Assembly (NCBI GenBank): GCA_965217965.1
Contig: CBDCJQ010000002.1
Location: 139,225-203,224 of the forward strand
DNA from: Hanamia sp.
GTDB lineage: Bacteria; Bacteroidota; Bacteroidia; Chitinophagales; Chitinophagaceae
DNA: 64,000 nt
Reading direction: 5' to 3'
Each line of letters opens with the position of its first letter. Position 1 is the stretch's first letter. The position numbers were made by a program, and so were the translations under genes. The notes beneath the pieces were generated by a model. It had not been told where the DNA came from and did not search any database. It was given only the letters and a program-made list of their open reading frames with translations. Positions 21,331 through 31,461 of the stretch are shown piece by piece.

Positions 21331-21554
21331 GATGGTTGATTAGTTAATTAGTTGATTGGTTGATTGGTTGATTGGTTGATTAGTTAATTGGTTGATTGGT
21401 TGATTGGTTGATTGGTTGATTGGTTGATTGGTTGATTAGTTAATTGGTTGATTGGTTAATTAGTAGATAGTTGGTTAGTAGATTAGTTGGTTAGTTAATT
21501 AGTTGATTAGTTGATTGGTTAATTAGTAGATTAGTTGGTTAGTAGATTAGTTGA
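21331..21554. repeat. Intergenic 8-bp tandem array (TGGTTGAT / TAGTTAAT variants), about 27-28 units
   Basis: Directly visible; + strand lacks C across the array. Confidence 0.95.
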
Positions 21555-21576
21555 ATTTAATAGTTAATACTTAATA

Positions 21577-22227
21577 ATGATACCAGCACTTATATATTGC
21601 TACGATGCTTACTGCGGCTGGTGCTATGGCTTCAGCGAAGTGATGAAAAAAATTCATTCAGAATACAAAAGCAGGCTTGAATTTGAAGTGTTGTCCGGTG
21701 GCATGGTCTTACCCGAAGAACCCGTGTCGATAGGCGCTACGGCAAAATATATAGAAGGCGCCTACAAGCGTGTAGAAGAAATAACGGGCGCAAAATTTGG
21801 GGAAGATTATCTCTGGCACATACGTCATCCTGAACAGAGCGACTGGTTCCCAAATTCAGAAAAACCTGCAATTGCCTTGTGCATTTTTAAAGACTATTAT
21901 CCCGATCAACAGGTAAGTTTTGCCGCAGATTTACAATATGCATTGCATTTCGAAGGCCGCGATCTTACAGATGATGAAGCCTACCGGTTACTTCTTGATA
22001 AGTATAATATTCCGGCAGAAGAATTCTTTGAAAAACTTATTGATGAAGAATATAAAGAGCAGGCGCGCTATGAATTCGCTTTGTGCAAACAATTAAAAGT
22101 TGAAGGTTTTCCGGCAGTATTTATTCAAACTGGTGAATTAAAATTTAATATGGTGGCAAGGGGCTACACTGATTACGAAACGTTGGCAGAAAGAATTGAG
22201 ACGCTGCTGATGCAGGAAGCTTTATAA
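21577..22227 (+). CDS. DsbA family (thioredoxin-fold) protein
   Basis: YDAYCGWCYGF CxxC and GFPA cis-Pro loop. Confidence 0.88.
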   Translation: MIPALIYCYDAYCGWCYGFSEVMKKIHSEYKSRLEFEVLSGGMVLPEEPVSIGATAKYIEGAYKRVEEITGAKFGEDYLWHIRHPEQSDWFPNSEKPAIALCIFKDYYPDQQVSFAADLQYALHFEGRDLTDDEAYRLLLDKYNIPAEEFFEKLIDEEYKEQARYEFALCKQLKVEGFPAVFIQTGELKFNMVARGYTDYETLAERIETLLMQEAL

Positions 22228-22259
22228 GTTTTTGAACTCAGCATAGCATGACACTCCAT

Positions 22260-22619
22260 TTACTTAGCCGGTTTCTTCCTTTTCTTTTTCGAAGGCTTTG
22301 CCACCTTATTGTATTCAAGCGGTAATTTCATCCAGGTTTCTAATTCCTTTTTTGTGTTCAATACTGATTCATCAACATACACAAAACCTGTCATCGTTCT
22401 GCCGCCGAATTTCATTGGCCTGCATCCTTCTTTTTCCAAAGACTCCTCAAATTTTTCGGGAGCTATACGAAGCATTAAATGATTTTGCTGAACACACACG
22501 CACATCTTATCATTCACCATAAAACATAAGCCACCAAACATTTTCTTTTCCTCAATATTTTTTTCCGCCGCAGCAATTATTTCTCTTACCCTGTCAGCAA
22601 GTTTTTCATTATAAACCAT
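22260..22619 (-). CDS. TfoX N-terminal domain protein
   Basis: EEKKMFGGLCFMVNDKMC motif. Confidence 0.82.
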   Translation of the reverse strand: MVYNEKLADRVREIIAAAEKNIEEKKMFGGLCFMVNDKMCVCVQQNHLMLRIAPEKFEESLEKEGCRPMKFGGRTMTGFVYVDESVLNTKKELETWMKLPLEYNKVAKPSKKKRKKPAK

Positions 22620-22976
22620 GAGATGATTTTTTTTGGTTCTTCAGTTTATTTAATGGAAAAATTTAAAGTCAATTTTTATTAAAAGATGCCCTTCGTAAAA
22701 AGAGTGGATTACACTTTCAAACAGTCAACCTTAGTAGCACGTCACGAATTAAAATCTCAGCTAAGACCCTGTCTGTCAGGCAGGCTCATATTTCTATTTA
22801 TTTGTTTGGTAATAAGATAGATACATTCTAAACTATCGAAATACTAAGGTTCAATCACTTATTATACCCATTGTGGATATCCGAATTCCGGTAACTTACC
22901 GTAGAACCTTTTTTTAAAATAATTTTTCTTAAAGTTCTAAAAAGTATTTTGAAATTTTATATCGCTTGTATAAAAA

Positions 22977-23006
22977 AAAGAGGCCTGCCGAAAGACAAAC
23001 CTCTTT
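22977..23006 (-). terminator. Probable terminator of the ECF operon
   Basis: AAAGAGG..CCTCTTT stem with an A-tract on + (U-tract on -), just after the 23029 stop. Confidence 0.5.
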
Positions 23007-23028
23007 CTTAACCTAAATCATCCAAACC

Positions 23029-23424
23029 TTAACTATTTCCTGTACCCTGACCATTCATTTGGCGCTGCGGCCGCATAGACGGTTCAACTTCGTCTTTAAA
23101 TTTTTTGTACTGGTCCTCAGTGAAAATTGCTTTTAATTTTTCATCACGGTCGTTCGCCATTTTTCCCATAGCGCTGCGATCGGGCCTGACACCGCTTGCC
23201 CGTGCGTCCTGCCGCATTTTATCCTGCTGTGTGTAGAAGTCCGTAAGCACGGCGGTTGTTTTATCCTGCTCGTCTTTATCGAGCTTTAACGGATCAGAAA
23301 TTTTTTGCATTGCCGCCTGCACTCTTTCTTCAACAGTCTTTCTTTGAAAGCCCTGTTGCTGTGCTTTTGTACTGATGGTAGCTGCCAACATAAGCGCAAC
23401 TACGAAGGTGATTTTTGTTTTCAT
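23029..23424 (-). CDS. Secreted helical protein (Spy/CpxP-like)
   Basis: Signal peptide, ERVQ..LKLDKDEQDK..LTEDQYKKF pattern. Confidence 0.7.
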   Translation of the reverse strand: MKTKITFVVALMLAATISTKAQQQGFQRKTVEERVQAAMQKISDPLKLDKDEQDKTTAVLTDFYTQQDKMRQDARASGVRPDRSAMGKMANDRDEKLKAIFTEDQYKKFKDEVEPSMRPQRQMNGQGTGNS

Positions 23425-23485
23425 TGTGTGAGTGTTTATTTTTTGTTAAAAGATTTTTAAAAAGATACGGTTTTTAAGAAACATG

Positions 23486-23980
23486 TTATTGGTGGCTGTG
23501 GCCACTTTTCCCGGGCCTCTCGGTCAATCTTATAATTAAATGTTTTACTGCCGTATCAAACTTTGGCAACTGCTCCGGGCGGCAAACTTTGCGAAGGCTT
23601 TCAAAATAATGAAACATTTGCATATCAAGTTGCTTCTGCTTTTCACCTATTGAATCTCCGGCAACATCCACCAACGAATCCGAGATAGGGGAAGCATACA
23701 CTAAATCATAAAATTGAAATTTAGTGTCCCGCAAGTCTTTAAAGAGTGGACGCAATTTATCGAAATGGGCTTTTCGCAAAACCTGGTATTCATCAAATTG
23801 CTCTTTGGTAAACCCCACATCATTTTGCAAGGCAGTTGAGAACCTCCCCTGTTCCTGGTTTTCTATTTTACTTTGTTGTGGCTTATCAAGCAACACAAAA
23901 AAGATCAGCATCGCAATATTGGTGATAAGCAAAAAAATGATAATAGAGATAAGTGATTTATTTTTTCTATTGGTATTCAT
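23486..23980 (-). CDS. Periplasmic heavy-metal-sensor / Spy-CpxP-like protein
   Basis: N-terminal TM, VGFTKEQFDEY, C-terminal LRKVCRPEQLPKF. Confidence 0.75.
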   Translation of the reverse strand: MNTNRKNKSLISIIIFLLITNIAMLIFFVLLDKPQQSKIENQEQGRFSTALQNDVGFTKEQFDEYQVLRKAHFDKLRPLFKDLRDTKFQFYDLVYASPISDSLVDVAGDSIGEKQKQLDMQMFHYFESLRKVCRPEQLPKFDTAVKHLIIRLTERPGKSGHSHQ

Positions 23981-23988
23981 CGTACACT

Positions 23989-24312
23989 TTATTTATCAAG
24001 CTCGTACAGGCTTGTCGTCACCTGGCTATATTCGTCAACTGCAGCAATATCGCTTCCCTGTTTTGTATAGCTTTCAGATGGCGCAACTGTTCTGAATATC
24101 ACAGCAAGATTGAGAATAATTACCAGGCATACACAGGCAAAAGCTACGGCAGGCCTGGCAAAAAATGAAGATAGCTGGTACCACGCATTTTTTTCCATTG
24201 ACATCCGCGCTTCCAGCCTGGTAAAAAAGAAAGGTGCAGGGGAAGCCTTTGAGATGCCGTCAATGCTTTGCATTGCCTCATTAACTTTTTTATTTATGCT
24301 TTTTTCATCCAT
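23989..24312 (-). CDS. Putative anti-sigma factor (single TM)
   Basis: SIDGISKASPAPFFFTRLEAR plus one TM, directly downstream of ECF sigma. Confidence 0.7.
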   Translation of the reverse strand: MDEKSINKKVNEAMQSIDGISKASPAPFFFTRLEARMSMEKNAWYQLSSFFARPAVAFACVCLVIILNLAVIFRTVAPSESYTKQGSDIAAVDEYSQVTTSLYELDK

Positions 24313-24403
24313 TTTAATAAGTATTTAGACGTTCATTTAAAATAAAACCTGCGAATACAATTATCAAATATTATTTACTATTCCTTTTATAATTAGTTGC
24401 CAT

Positions 24404-24976
24404 TTACTCCCGTAAAAGGTAATAATTTCTCAAAAGTTTTCTTAATTTATCTTTCGCCCTTTGTAGCAAAGCATCTACAGCAGCTTCGCTCAGGCCCATC
24501 ACTTCACCTATTTCTTTATAGCTTAAATTTTCAATTTTATTTAATACAAAAGCTGTCTTTTGATTAGGAAGCAATTGTTCAACAGCCTCAAAAAGTACCG
24601 CGCCGTTTTCTTTATTTTCCAACTGTATGCCGGGATGATAAAAATCTGGCGGGTCTATATCTTTCTCATCATTTTTTCCATGTAAGCTTTGAATAAACGC
24701 AAATCGTTTCTTTCTTTTCTTTTTTCTGATATGGTCTGTTGCTTTGGAAATAGTAATACGATACAGCCACGTCGAAAATTTTGATTCTCCTTTGAAGGAG
24801 CCAATTGAATCATATACTTTCATAAATACTTCCTGTGAAACATCCTCCGCATCTTCCGCATTCTGAAGAATGCCCAGCGCAGTATTATATACCATATCCT
24901 GCCACGTATCAACGAGCGTTTTAAAAGCAATCCTGTCCCTGTTTTTTACCAGTTCTATTAACTCCTGCTCATTCAA
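24404..24976 (-). CDS. ECF RNA polymerase sigma factor
   Basis: DAEDVSQEVF, KFSTWLYRI, LSYKEIGEVMG. Confidence 0.95.
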   Translation of the reverse strand: MNEQELIELVKNRDRIAFKTLVDTWQDMVYNTALGILQNAEDAEDVSQEVFMKVYDSIGSFKGESKFSTWLYRITISKATDHIRKKKRKKRFAFIQSLHGKNDEKDIDPPDFYHPGIQLENKENGAVLFEAVEQLLPNQKTAFVLNKIENLSYKEIGEVMGLSEAAVDALLQRAKDKLRKLLRNYYLLRE

Positions 24977-24997
24977 AATAAAATTTTTTATGCTAAA

Positions 24998-27856
24998 TTA
25001 AAACCCATTGAAATCTCCGCGTCTTTCCATTGGGTTTGGCCTTTGAGAACTGGCTTTACTGTTTCCAAAGTTCTTTAATTTGTAGGAAAACGTTAGCATA
25101 AAATATTGTTGAAGCACCTGGTTTCTTACGTCTTCCACATAAGACTCAGTGACATTGCGTGCAATACTTTTATTTTGTTTTAAAAGATCAAACACTGATA
25201 GCTTTAATTCACCTGCCTGGTTCTTTAAAAACTTTTGGCCGATGGCAATATTCCACAACCAATAATTTTGATTGAAGCCGTCAGTTAAGCCATGGTAATA
25301 TTGATTGGAAAGATCATTTTGAAAAAACTGTCCTTTTTTAGTGAGAAAGTTAGCAACGATGCCGGCCGATTGTGTAAAATAATTATTGTTGAGCGTAGGT
25401 TGTAATGTGTTCTTTACATTGTTGATATTACCAGAATAAGAAAGCGTAAAATCAATGTACTCGCTAATGTTACTGGCAAGCACAGCGCCCAGGTTGTAAT
25501 TATAACTGTTAGAAATGTTTGACATATTATTGATCAAACCAGGCAACTTCGCATAGCCTAAGCCTGCATTAAAATTAAGATTGGACTTTATGAATTTTAG
25601 CGGCAACCCGAAAGTAAAAAATGATCTTGCGCTTACATATCCATCAAGATTTACGGGCTTGGAAATTTGTGAACCCTTATAGAGTGTAACCGTGCGGGTA
25701 AGCATAGAGTCTTTTGAAGCTGTGTACACTGCATTGGCTACATAGTCTTGTGTAGTTTGAAAAAATATATTAGCAAAAAAGCTCGTACCCTTCACACTGT
25801 TGGTGTAGTTATATCTCGTAATAAAATTGTTGGTGTATTGTTGTTGCAAGTCAGGATTACCGGTGGTATAATAAAATTGATTGGAGTTATTAATTACATT
25901 TTGCAGCTGGTTCACAGAAGGTGGGTTTACAGACGCCCTGTAAATAACCCTCAAATTGCTTTTGGAAGAAAGTTTCACTCTTGCAAAAGCGTTTCCTAAA
26001 ATGTTGCTGAACGATTTATCAATTTGAGTAACCTTCGGAAACACCTGGTCGCTTTTTAGTTCACTGTATTGATAAGCTAACCCGGCAGAGATCATATTAT
26101 CGCGATCGCCGAGGCGATAGGTAAGACCGGTGTTCTGTGTATTATACGTGTTATCAAATTTGTTGCTGAGACTTGTATCTAAGATAGAATATTTAGCATT
26201 AGAATTATCAAAATTAAAAGTCTCCTGGTCTGCATGGTTGTCTTGAAAAGAAGGATTATAATTTAATTGTAACATCGCTTTCTTTCCTACCGGTTCCGTA
26301 TAGACGAGATTGAAGCTGTACCTGTTAGTGTTTGTTTGCTGGTTGGAGAGTTGTTGAATAGTATCTATCAGCGGCAAATTTATTTTGTCATAAAAAGTGT
26401 TGTAAGCATTCAAATAATTTTTTCCATCGCGGGTAGAAAGCGTTTGATTAAAACTGACAGATATGCTTCGGCCTCTTTTTGGAAAAGCATGCCTGAACAG
26501 AACTCCATTATTAAAATTATGGCCACTGGTATTGGTATTTATATCGTACTCTGTTTTGCTTAATATGTTTTGCGGATCAACAGACTGAACACCGGTAACA
26601 TCGCTGTTCGCTTTATTATTTTGAAAACTAAGACTCGATGTAAAGAGTAAGGAGTTCGCAGAATCAATTTTATAATTTAACCTGAAGTTTAAACGATTGT
26701 TATAGTTGATCGAGTTAGAAATAGTATTCTCATCATATAGCTGCGTGGAATCCGCGGTGATAAAATTTTGCCGGTTGATGGTTTCATTATTTGATGTATT
26801 GCTGTTATTAAAAAAATAGCTTCCTGTTACATCCACTTTTTTACCCCATGCATCGCTATAGTTAATACCAAAGGCATTGGTTTTACTTATCCCATTTTGC
26901 TGCCCAACCAAAAAATTGCCGGTGTTCCCACCACCTCTGTAGCCGCCACCACCGCCGCCGCCTCTCCTGCCACCGCCACCACGGTTGTTACTGCTGGTAA
27001 CACCCAATAAATCCTGAGAGGAAAAGTTTTGCTGGTTTACATTATTGAACAGGCCGACAAGAGAAATGCGCCGTGCATTATTAAAGAAACTAACGTTGCC
27101 GCCGGCACTGTAGCGCTCATCCGTTCCATACCCGGCGAATACGCGGCCGAAGTTACCGTTCCGCATGTCCTTCTTTGTTACAATATTTATGGACTTTGTA
27201 GTATTGCCATCATCAAAACCAGTTAACTGTGCCTGGTCGCTCAGCTTATCAAATACCTGTATTTTATCCACCACTTCAGAAGGAAGATTGCGCAACGTAG
27301 CCGTGGCATCATCCCCAAAAAAATCCCTGCCATCAACCGTAACTTTTGTTACCGTTTCGCCCTGGGCTGTCACTGCACCTTTTTGATCAACCGTTACGCC
27401 GGGCATCTTTTTTATCAGGTCTTCCACATTTGCATCGGGGTTCACTTTATATTGATTCGCCGAATATTCCAGCGTATCTTCCCGTTGCCTTACCGGAGGC
27501 GCTGCACCATCCACCACCACGGTCGTCAGTGTTTTAGCTCCTTTTGAAATTCCTATCACACCCAGGTTATTATTTCCTGCTGAAACAGATATTATTTTAG
27601 CCAGCGTTTCATAGCCAACTGAAGTTGCTGTTAAGGTATAGTTTCCTGCGGGCACCTGCGTGAAAGAAAAACGGCCATCGTTGCCGGTAACAGCCGGGAA
27701 TGAACCTTTAGTAGAATCCGCCCTGCTTAGTAAAACAGTTCCATTGGAGATCGGGGTTTTTTCTGCTGCATCCTGCAATACACCAGTTACAGTTTGGGCA
27801 TGTATTATTGAGGAGAAAATAACGATTAAGATAAAACTCAGTATAATTCTGCGCAT
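24998..27856 (-). CDS. Outer membrane beta-barrel / TonB-dependent receptor-like protein with carboxypeptidase-regulatory N-domain
   Basis: Signal peptide, DTLEYSA..EDLIKKMPGV plug-like region, Gly-rich linker, C-terminal QYFMLTFSYKL strand. Confidence 0.88.
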   Translation of the reverse strand: MRRIILSFILIVIFSSIIHAQTVTGVLQDAAEKTPISNGTVLLSRADSTKGSFPAVTGNDGRFSFTQVPAGNYTLTATSVGYETLAKIISVSAGNNNLGVIGISKGAKTLTTVVVDGAAPPVRQREDTLEYSANQYKVNPDANVEDLIKKMPGVTVDQKGAVTAQGETVTKVTVDGRDFFGDDATATLRNLPSEVVDKIQVFDKLSDQAQLTGFDDGNTTKSINIVTKKDMRNGNFGRVFAGYGTDERYSAGGNVSFFNNARRISLVGLFNNVNQQNFSSQDLLGVTSSNNRGGGGRRGGGGGGGYRGGGNTGNFLVGQQNGISKTNAFGINYSDAWGKKVDVTGSYFFNNSNTSNNETINRQNFITADSTQLYDENTISNSINYNNRLNFRLNYKIDSANSLLFTSSLSFQNNKANSDVTGVQSVDPQNILSKTEYDINTNTSGHNFNNGVLFRHAFPKRGRSISVSFNQTLSTRDGKNYLNAYNTFYDKINLPLIDTIQQLSNQQTNTNRYSFNLVYTEPVGKKAMLQLNYNPSFQDNHADQETFNFDNSNAKYSILDTSLSNKFDNTYNTQNTGLTYRLGDRDNMISAGLAYQYSELKSDQVFPKVTQIDKSFSNILGNAFARVKLSSKSNLRVIYRASVNPPSVNQLQNVINNSNQFYYTTGNPDLQQQYTNNFITRYNYTNSVKGTSFFANIFFQTTQDYVANAVYTASKDSMLTRTVTLYKGSQISKPVNLDGYVSARSFFTFGLPLKFIKSNLNFNAGLGYAKLPGLINNMSNISNSYNYNLGAVLASNISEYIDFTLSYSGNINNVKNTLQPTLNNNYFTQSAGIVANFLTKKGQFFQNDLSNQYYHGLTDGFNQNYWLWNIAIGQKFLKNQAGELKLSVFDLLKQNKSIARNVTESYVEDVRNQVLQQYFMLTFSYKLKNFGNSKASSQRPNPMERRGDFNGF

Positions 27857-28080
27857 AGCATTCTTTTAATCAAATGATATGACGATATAAATATTTAAAA
27901 CCATTGCGCCGGCAAATTAAATATTACGAAAACCCCGGCTTGCCAAAAAATTATTTAGCGGAAGAAATTAAAAGCAAAACTTTTTGGAGCAGGTTTTTAC
28001 TAAACAAAGGCCGGTTTTTTATTTCATTAACAATACTCAAATCCATTTCATTTATCTTGCAGTTCCAAAATAAAAAAAGT

Positions 28081-28599
28081 ATGGAATATAATAAGATTGT
28101 ATCTGTAACCGGGCTTAGGGGTTTGTTTGAAATCCTTTCTTCCAAATCTGATGGAGCTGTAGTTCGCTCGCTTGATGATAAAAGCACAAAATTTGTAAGC
28201 AGCCGTCAGCACAATTTTTCGCATCTTGAAAGTATTGAAGTTTTTACTACAAAAGATAATACAAACCTTGCCGAATTATTTGAGGCAATGAAGAAAAGCA
28301 TAGAGAAAATTCCGGAAGCAACGGCAGATAATAAAACTTTAAAAGCGTATTTCGAAAAAGTATATCCTGATATGGATTTTGAAAGAGTATATGTAAGCGA
28401 TATGAAGAAAATGGTAAAATGGTTTGAGATATTACAAGACAATAATATCGAGATTACCGTGAAAGCAGATGAAGAAACGGAAGATGGAGGAGAAACTGCT
28501 AAGCCAGTAAAACCAACTCACAAAGAAACTGCTCACGTTAAAGATATGAAACCTCAAAAGGCCGCTCCCCGCAAGATCGAAAGCCGCGGCGTGAAATAG
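28081..28599 (+). CDS. DUF5606-domain protein
   Basis: MEYNKIVSVTGLRGLF, LESIEVFT, RVYVSDMKK; ATG 28081 preferred over 27904. Confidence 0.8.
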   Translation: MEYNKIVSVTGLRGLFEILSSKSDGAVVRSLDDKSTKFVSSRQHNFSHLESIEVFTTKDNTNLAELFEAMKKSIEKIPEATADNKTLKAYFEKVYPDMDFERVYVSDMKKMVKWFEILQDNNIEITVKADEETEDGGETAKPVKPTHKETAHVKDMKPQKAAPRKIESRGVK

Positions 28600-28647
28600 A
28601 TTGAAAAACAGTTGAGATATAAAGTAAGAGATAAAAATAAACATCGA

Positions 28648-28737
28648 ACCTGATCCTTATACCCGATCACTTATCACTCATACCTGATCACTAATACCTA
28701 ATACCTGATCACTAATACCTCACACCTCATCCCCGAC
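28648..28737. repeat. Degenerate 7-bp tandem array (ACCTGAT/CACTAAT/ACCTCAT), about 13 units
   Basis: Directly visible; ends 3 bp before the pepF ATG. Confidence 0.85.
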
Positions 28738-28740
28738 TCA

Positions 28741-30471
28741 ATGCAAGCATCCGCAGATATAAAAAAACTCGAAAGAAAATATATTCCCCAAAATTTAATT
28801 GTAGAAAACTGGGAATCACTGGAACCTTATTTTAAAGAATTGCTGGAACGAGAAATTTCTTCAAAAGAAGAGTTGGTGAAATGGCTGGCAGATATGAATG
28901 AGCTTGATGGCATAATAAATGAAGACTTTAGCTGGCGGCAAATAAAAATGACCTGCGATACCACCGATAAAAAGCTGGAAGATTCATTCAATTATTTCTG
29001 CATGGAGATACATCCAAAAATACAGCCTTATGCAGATGCGCTAAATAAAAAATTGATTGGTTCGCCTTTTACTGCAGCGCTTCACCGTGATAAATATTTT
29101 ACCTACCTGCGTTCTGTAAAAAAAAGTATTAATCTTTTTCGCGAGGAAAATATTCCTATACAGGCGGAGCTTGCCGTACTTGCCCAGCACTATGGTGTGA
29201 TTACCGGGAAAATGATGGTAAAAGTGAACGGTAAAGAATATACGCTGCAGCAGGCTGCCAAGTTTCTTGAAAGCCACGATAGAAATTTACGGGAAGAAGT
29301 TTACCGTAAAATAAATGAAAGAAGATTGCAGGATAAAGAAGCGTTGAATAGATTATTTACAGAGCTGGTAGTAAAAAGAAACCAGGTAGCACTAAACGCC
29401 GGCTTTGAAAACTACCGGGATTATAAATTTAAAGAGCTTGGCCGGTTTGATTATACAAAGGAAGATTGTTATCGTTTTCACGATTCGGTGAAGAAGCATA
29501 TATTGCCTTTGATAAATAAAATTTACGCGAGGAAGAAACAAAAGTTACAATTGGATGATTTAAGGCCATGGGATTTAGAAGCGGAGCCGGAGGGAACAAA
29601 AGCGCTCACTCCTTTTGAAAATGGCGCAGAGCTTTTAAACAAATCAATAGAATGTTTTACAAGGGTTCGCCCCTTCTTTGGAGATTGCCTGCGGCAAATG
29701 AATACCATGAAACATCTTGACCTGGAAAGCAGGCAGGGAAAGGCTCCCGGCGGATACAACTGCCCGCTTGCAGAGAGTGGTGCTCCTTTTATTTTTATGA
29801 ATGCGGCAGGGCAAATGCAGGATGTAACTACCATGGTTCATGAGGGTGGCCACGCTGTTCAGTCTTTTCTTACGCATAATCTTGAGCTAAATGCATTTAA
29901 AGATTATCCCATGGAAATTGCAGAAGTTGCCAGCATGGCCATGGAGCTATTTAGCATGGATCATTGGGAAGTTTTTTTTGATAATAAAGACGATCTGAAG
30001 AGAGCAAAAGAACACCAGTTGGAAAGAACCATTACCATCTTTCCCTGGATCGCCATCATTGATAAATTTCAACATTGGCTTTACGAGAATCCACACCACA
30101 CCACGGAAGAGAGAACCAATCAATGGATGGAAATTTTAAATGATTTTTCTGATGAGGTGATAGACTATGCCGGGCTTGAAAAATACCGGGAGATTGGATG
30201 GCAAAAGCAATTGCATCTTTTTGAGGTTCCTTTCTATTACATTGAATATGGCATTGCCCAATTAGGTGCGATAGGTATGTGGATGCAGTTTAAAAATAAC
30301 AAAGAGCAGGCATTAGAAAATTATATGAAAGCGCTTGCACTCGGCGGCACCAAAACCTTACCGCAACTCTATGAAGCCGCCGGATTGCTATTCGATTTTT
30401 CTGAGCAAAATATTAAAACACTCATGGATTTTGTGAATGATGAGATGGAGAAGTTAGACACTGAGACTTGA
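28741..30471 (+). CDS. pepF: M3 family oligoendopeptidase F
   Basis: HEGGH zinc motif, EIAEVAS, HLFEVPFYYIEY. Confidence 0.92.
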   Translation: MQASADIKKLERKYIPQNLIVENWESLEPYFKELLEREISSKEELVKWLADMNELDGIINEDFSWRQIKMTCDTTDKKLEDSFNYFCMEIHPKIQPYADALNKKLIGSPFTAALHRDKYFTYLRSVKKSINLFREENIPIQAELAVLAQHYGVITGKMMVKVNGKEYTLQQAAKFLESHDRNLREEVYRKINERRLQDKEALNRLFTELVVKRNQVALNAGFENYRDYKFKELGRFDYTKEDCYRFHDSVKKHILPLINKIYARKKQKLQLDDLRPWDLEAEPEGTKALTPFENGAELLNKSIECFTRVRPFFGDCLRQMNTMKHLDLESRQGKAPGGYNCPLAESGAPFIFMNAAGQMQDVTTMVHEGGHAVQSFLTHNLELNAFKDYPMEIAEVASMAMELFSMDHWEVFFDNKDDLKRAKEHQLERTITIFPWIAIIDKFQHWLYENPHHTTEERTNQWMEILNDFSDEVIDYAGLEKYREIGWQKQLHLFEVPFYYIEYGIAQLGAIGMWMQFKNNKEQALENYMKALALGGTKTLPQLYEAAGLLFDFSEQNIKTLMDFVNDEMEKLDTET

Positions 30472-30624
30472 AAAGAGCCTTCAATTTTAGATGGTTGTAG
30501 CAATTGCCTTTTAGCTTAAATAGTTTTAGAAAAAACTTTCCAAAAAGTAATTTCTATTTCAGCAATTCCTACTTGCGATTTAAGAATATCCGAAAATCTT
30601 TTACAAAAAGTATCAGTAATTTGC

Positions 30625-31056
30625 GTGATGCAAAATGGAAACCGTTTACAACTTCTATACAGCGATTTGGTTATTGCCATTTTATCTTTTGAAAAATCAC
30701 TGGATATTGACTTGCATAAATTCACCGAATTCGAAGGCGATGTGCTTAAGAATGGTCAAATACAAAAATTTGAATATTCTATCGAACTGTTATGGAAAAC
30801 CCTTAAAAAGTATTTTGAAACAAAGAGAGAAAAATTTTTTTTATATCCGAAAGATGTGATCAAGGGTTGCTTTGCAGAAGAGATAATAGACGAAACCAAT
30901 TATCTCATTTTAATTGACGCTATAGAAAGCAGAAATCTCTTAAGCCATGTCTATAAAATGGAAATGTTTGAAATAATTTATCCGCAACTTAATTCTTATG
31001 CAAACGCCATTAGATATATTGTCACTGCCCTTGAACCGTACGCCGTTCAAAACTGA
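30625..31056 (+). CDS. HEPN toxin (HI0074-type nucleotidyltransferase substrate-binding family)
   Basis: IQKFEYSIELLWK, PKDV, RNLLSH (Rx4H). Confidence 0.88.
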   Translation: MMQNGNRLQLLYSDLVIAILSFEKSLDIDLHKFTEFEGDVLKNGQIQKFEYSIELLWKTLKKYFETKREKFFLYPKDVIKGCFAEEIIDETNYLILIDAIESRNLLSHVYKMEMFEIIYPQLNSYANAIRYIVTALEPYAVQN

Positions 31057-31339
31057 TTTTGAGTCAGTGGCAAAAAAAATTATATTGCGGGAATTGCAAA
31101 ATTTCAATTGCAAAATTTTTTTATTTGGCAGCAGGGCAACTAAAGAAAATCACAGGTTTTCTGATATGGATATAGGGATTATTCCGGGTAGAGATTTTGA
31201 TCGCCGGGTATTGTATAATTTGAAAGATAAGTTAGCTGATTCGATCGTGCCTTTTAACGTTGATATAGTAAACTTTAACCAGGTAACTCATGATTTTAAA
31301 AAGGAAGCTTTCAAGTATATTATATGGTGGAAAGAATAA
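30998..31339 (+). CDS. Minimal nucleotidyltransferase (MNT) antitoxin
   Basis: LFGSRA..SDMDIG (GS-x10-DxD), VDIV; overlaps HEPN gene. Confidence 0.88.
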   Translation: MQTPLDILSLPLNRTPFKTDFESVAKKIILRELQNFNCKIFLFGSRATKENHRFSDMDIGIIPGRDFDRRVLYNLKDKLADSIVPFNVDIVNFNQVTHDFKKEAFKYIIWWKE

Positions 31340-31461
31340 AAGCTAATTCGACACCTGTCATTTCTCCAACATAGTTTCTGTCTTTTATAAATACAACACT
31401 TTTTCCTTCCTATAACCTGTTCAGGAAATAATTTAGTTTCTTTGTTCAAACCTTTCAAAAT

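Noticed and set aside
21331-21554. CRISPR array or hidden ORF in the 8-mer repeat
   Set aside because: No unique spacers, period only 8 bp, no cas genes; stop codons occur in the TAGTTAAT units. GG tracts give at most weak two-tier G4 potential.
26925-26995. GC-rich GGT/GGC repeat
   Set aside because: Encodes the Gly-rich linker of the outer membrane protein
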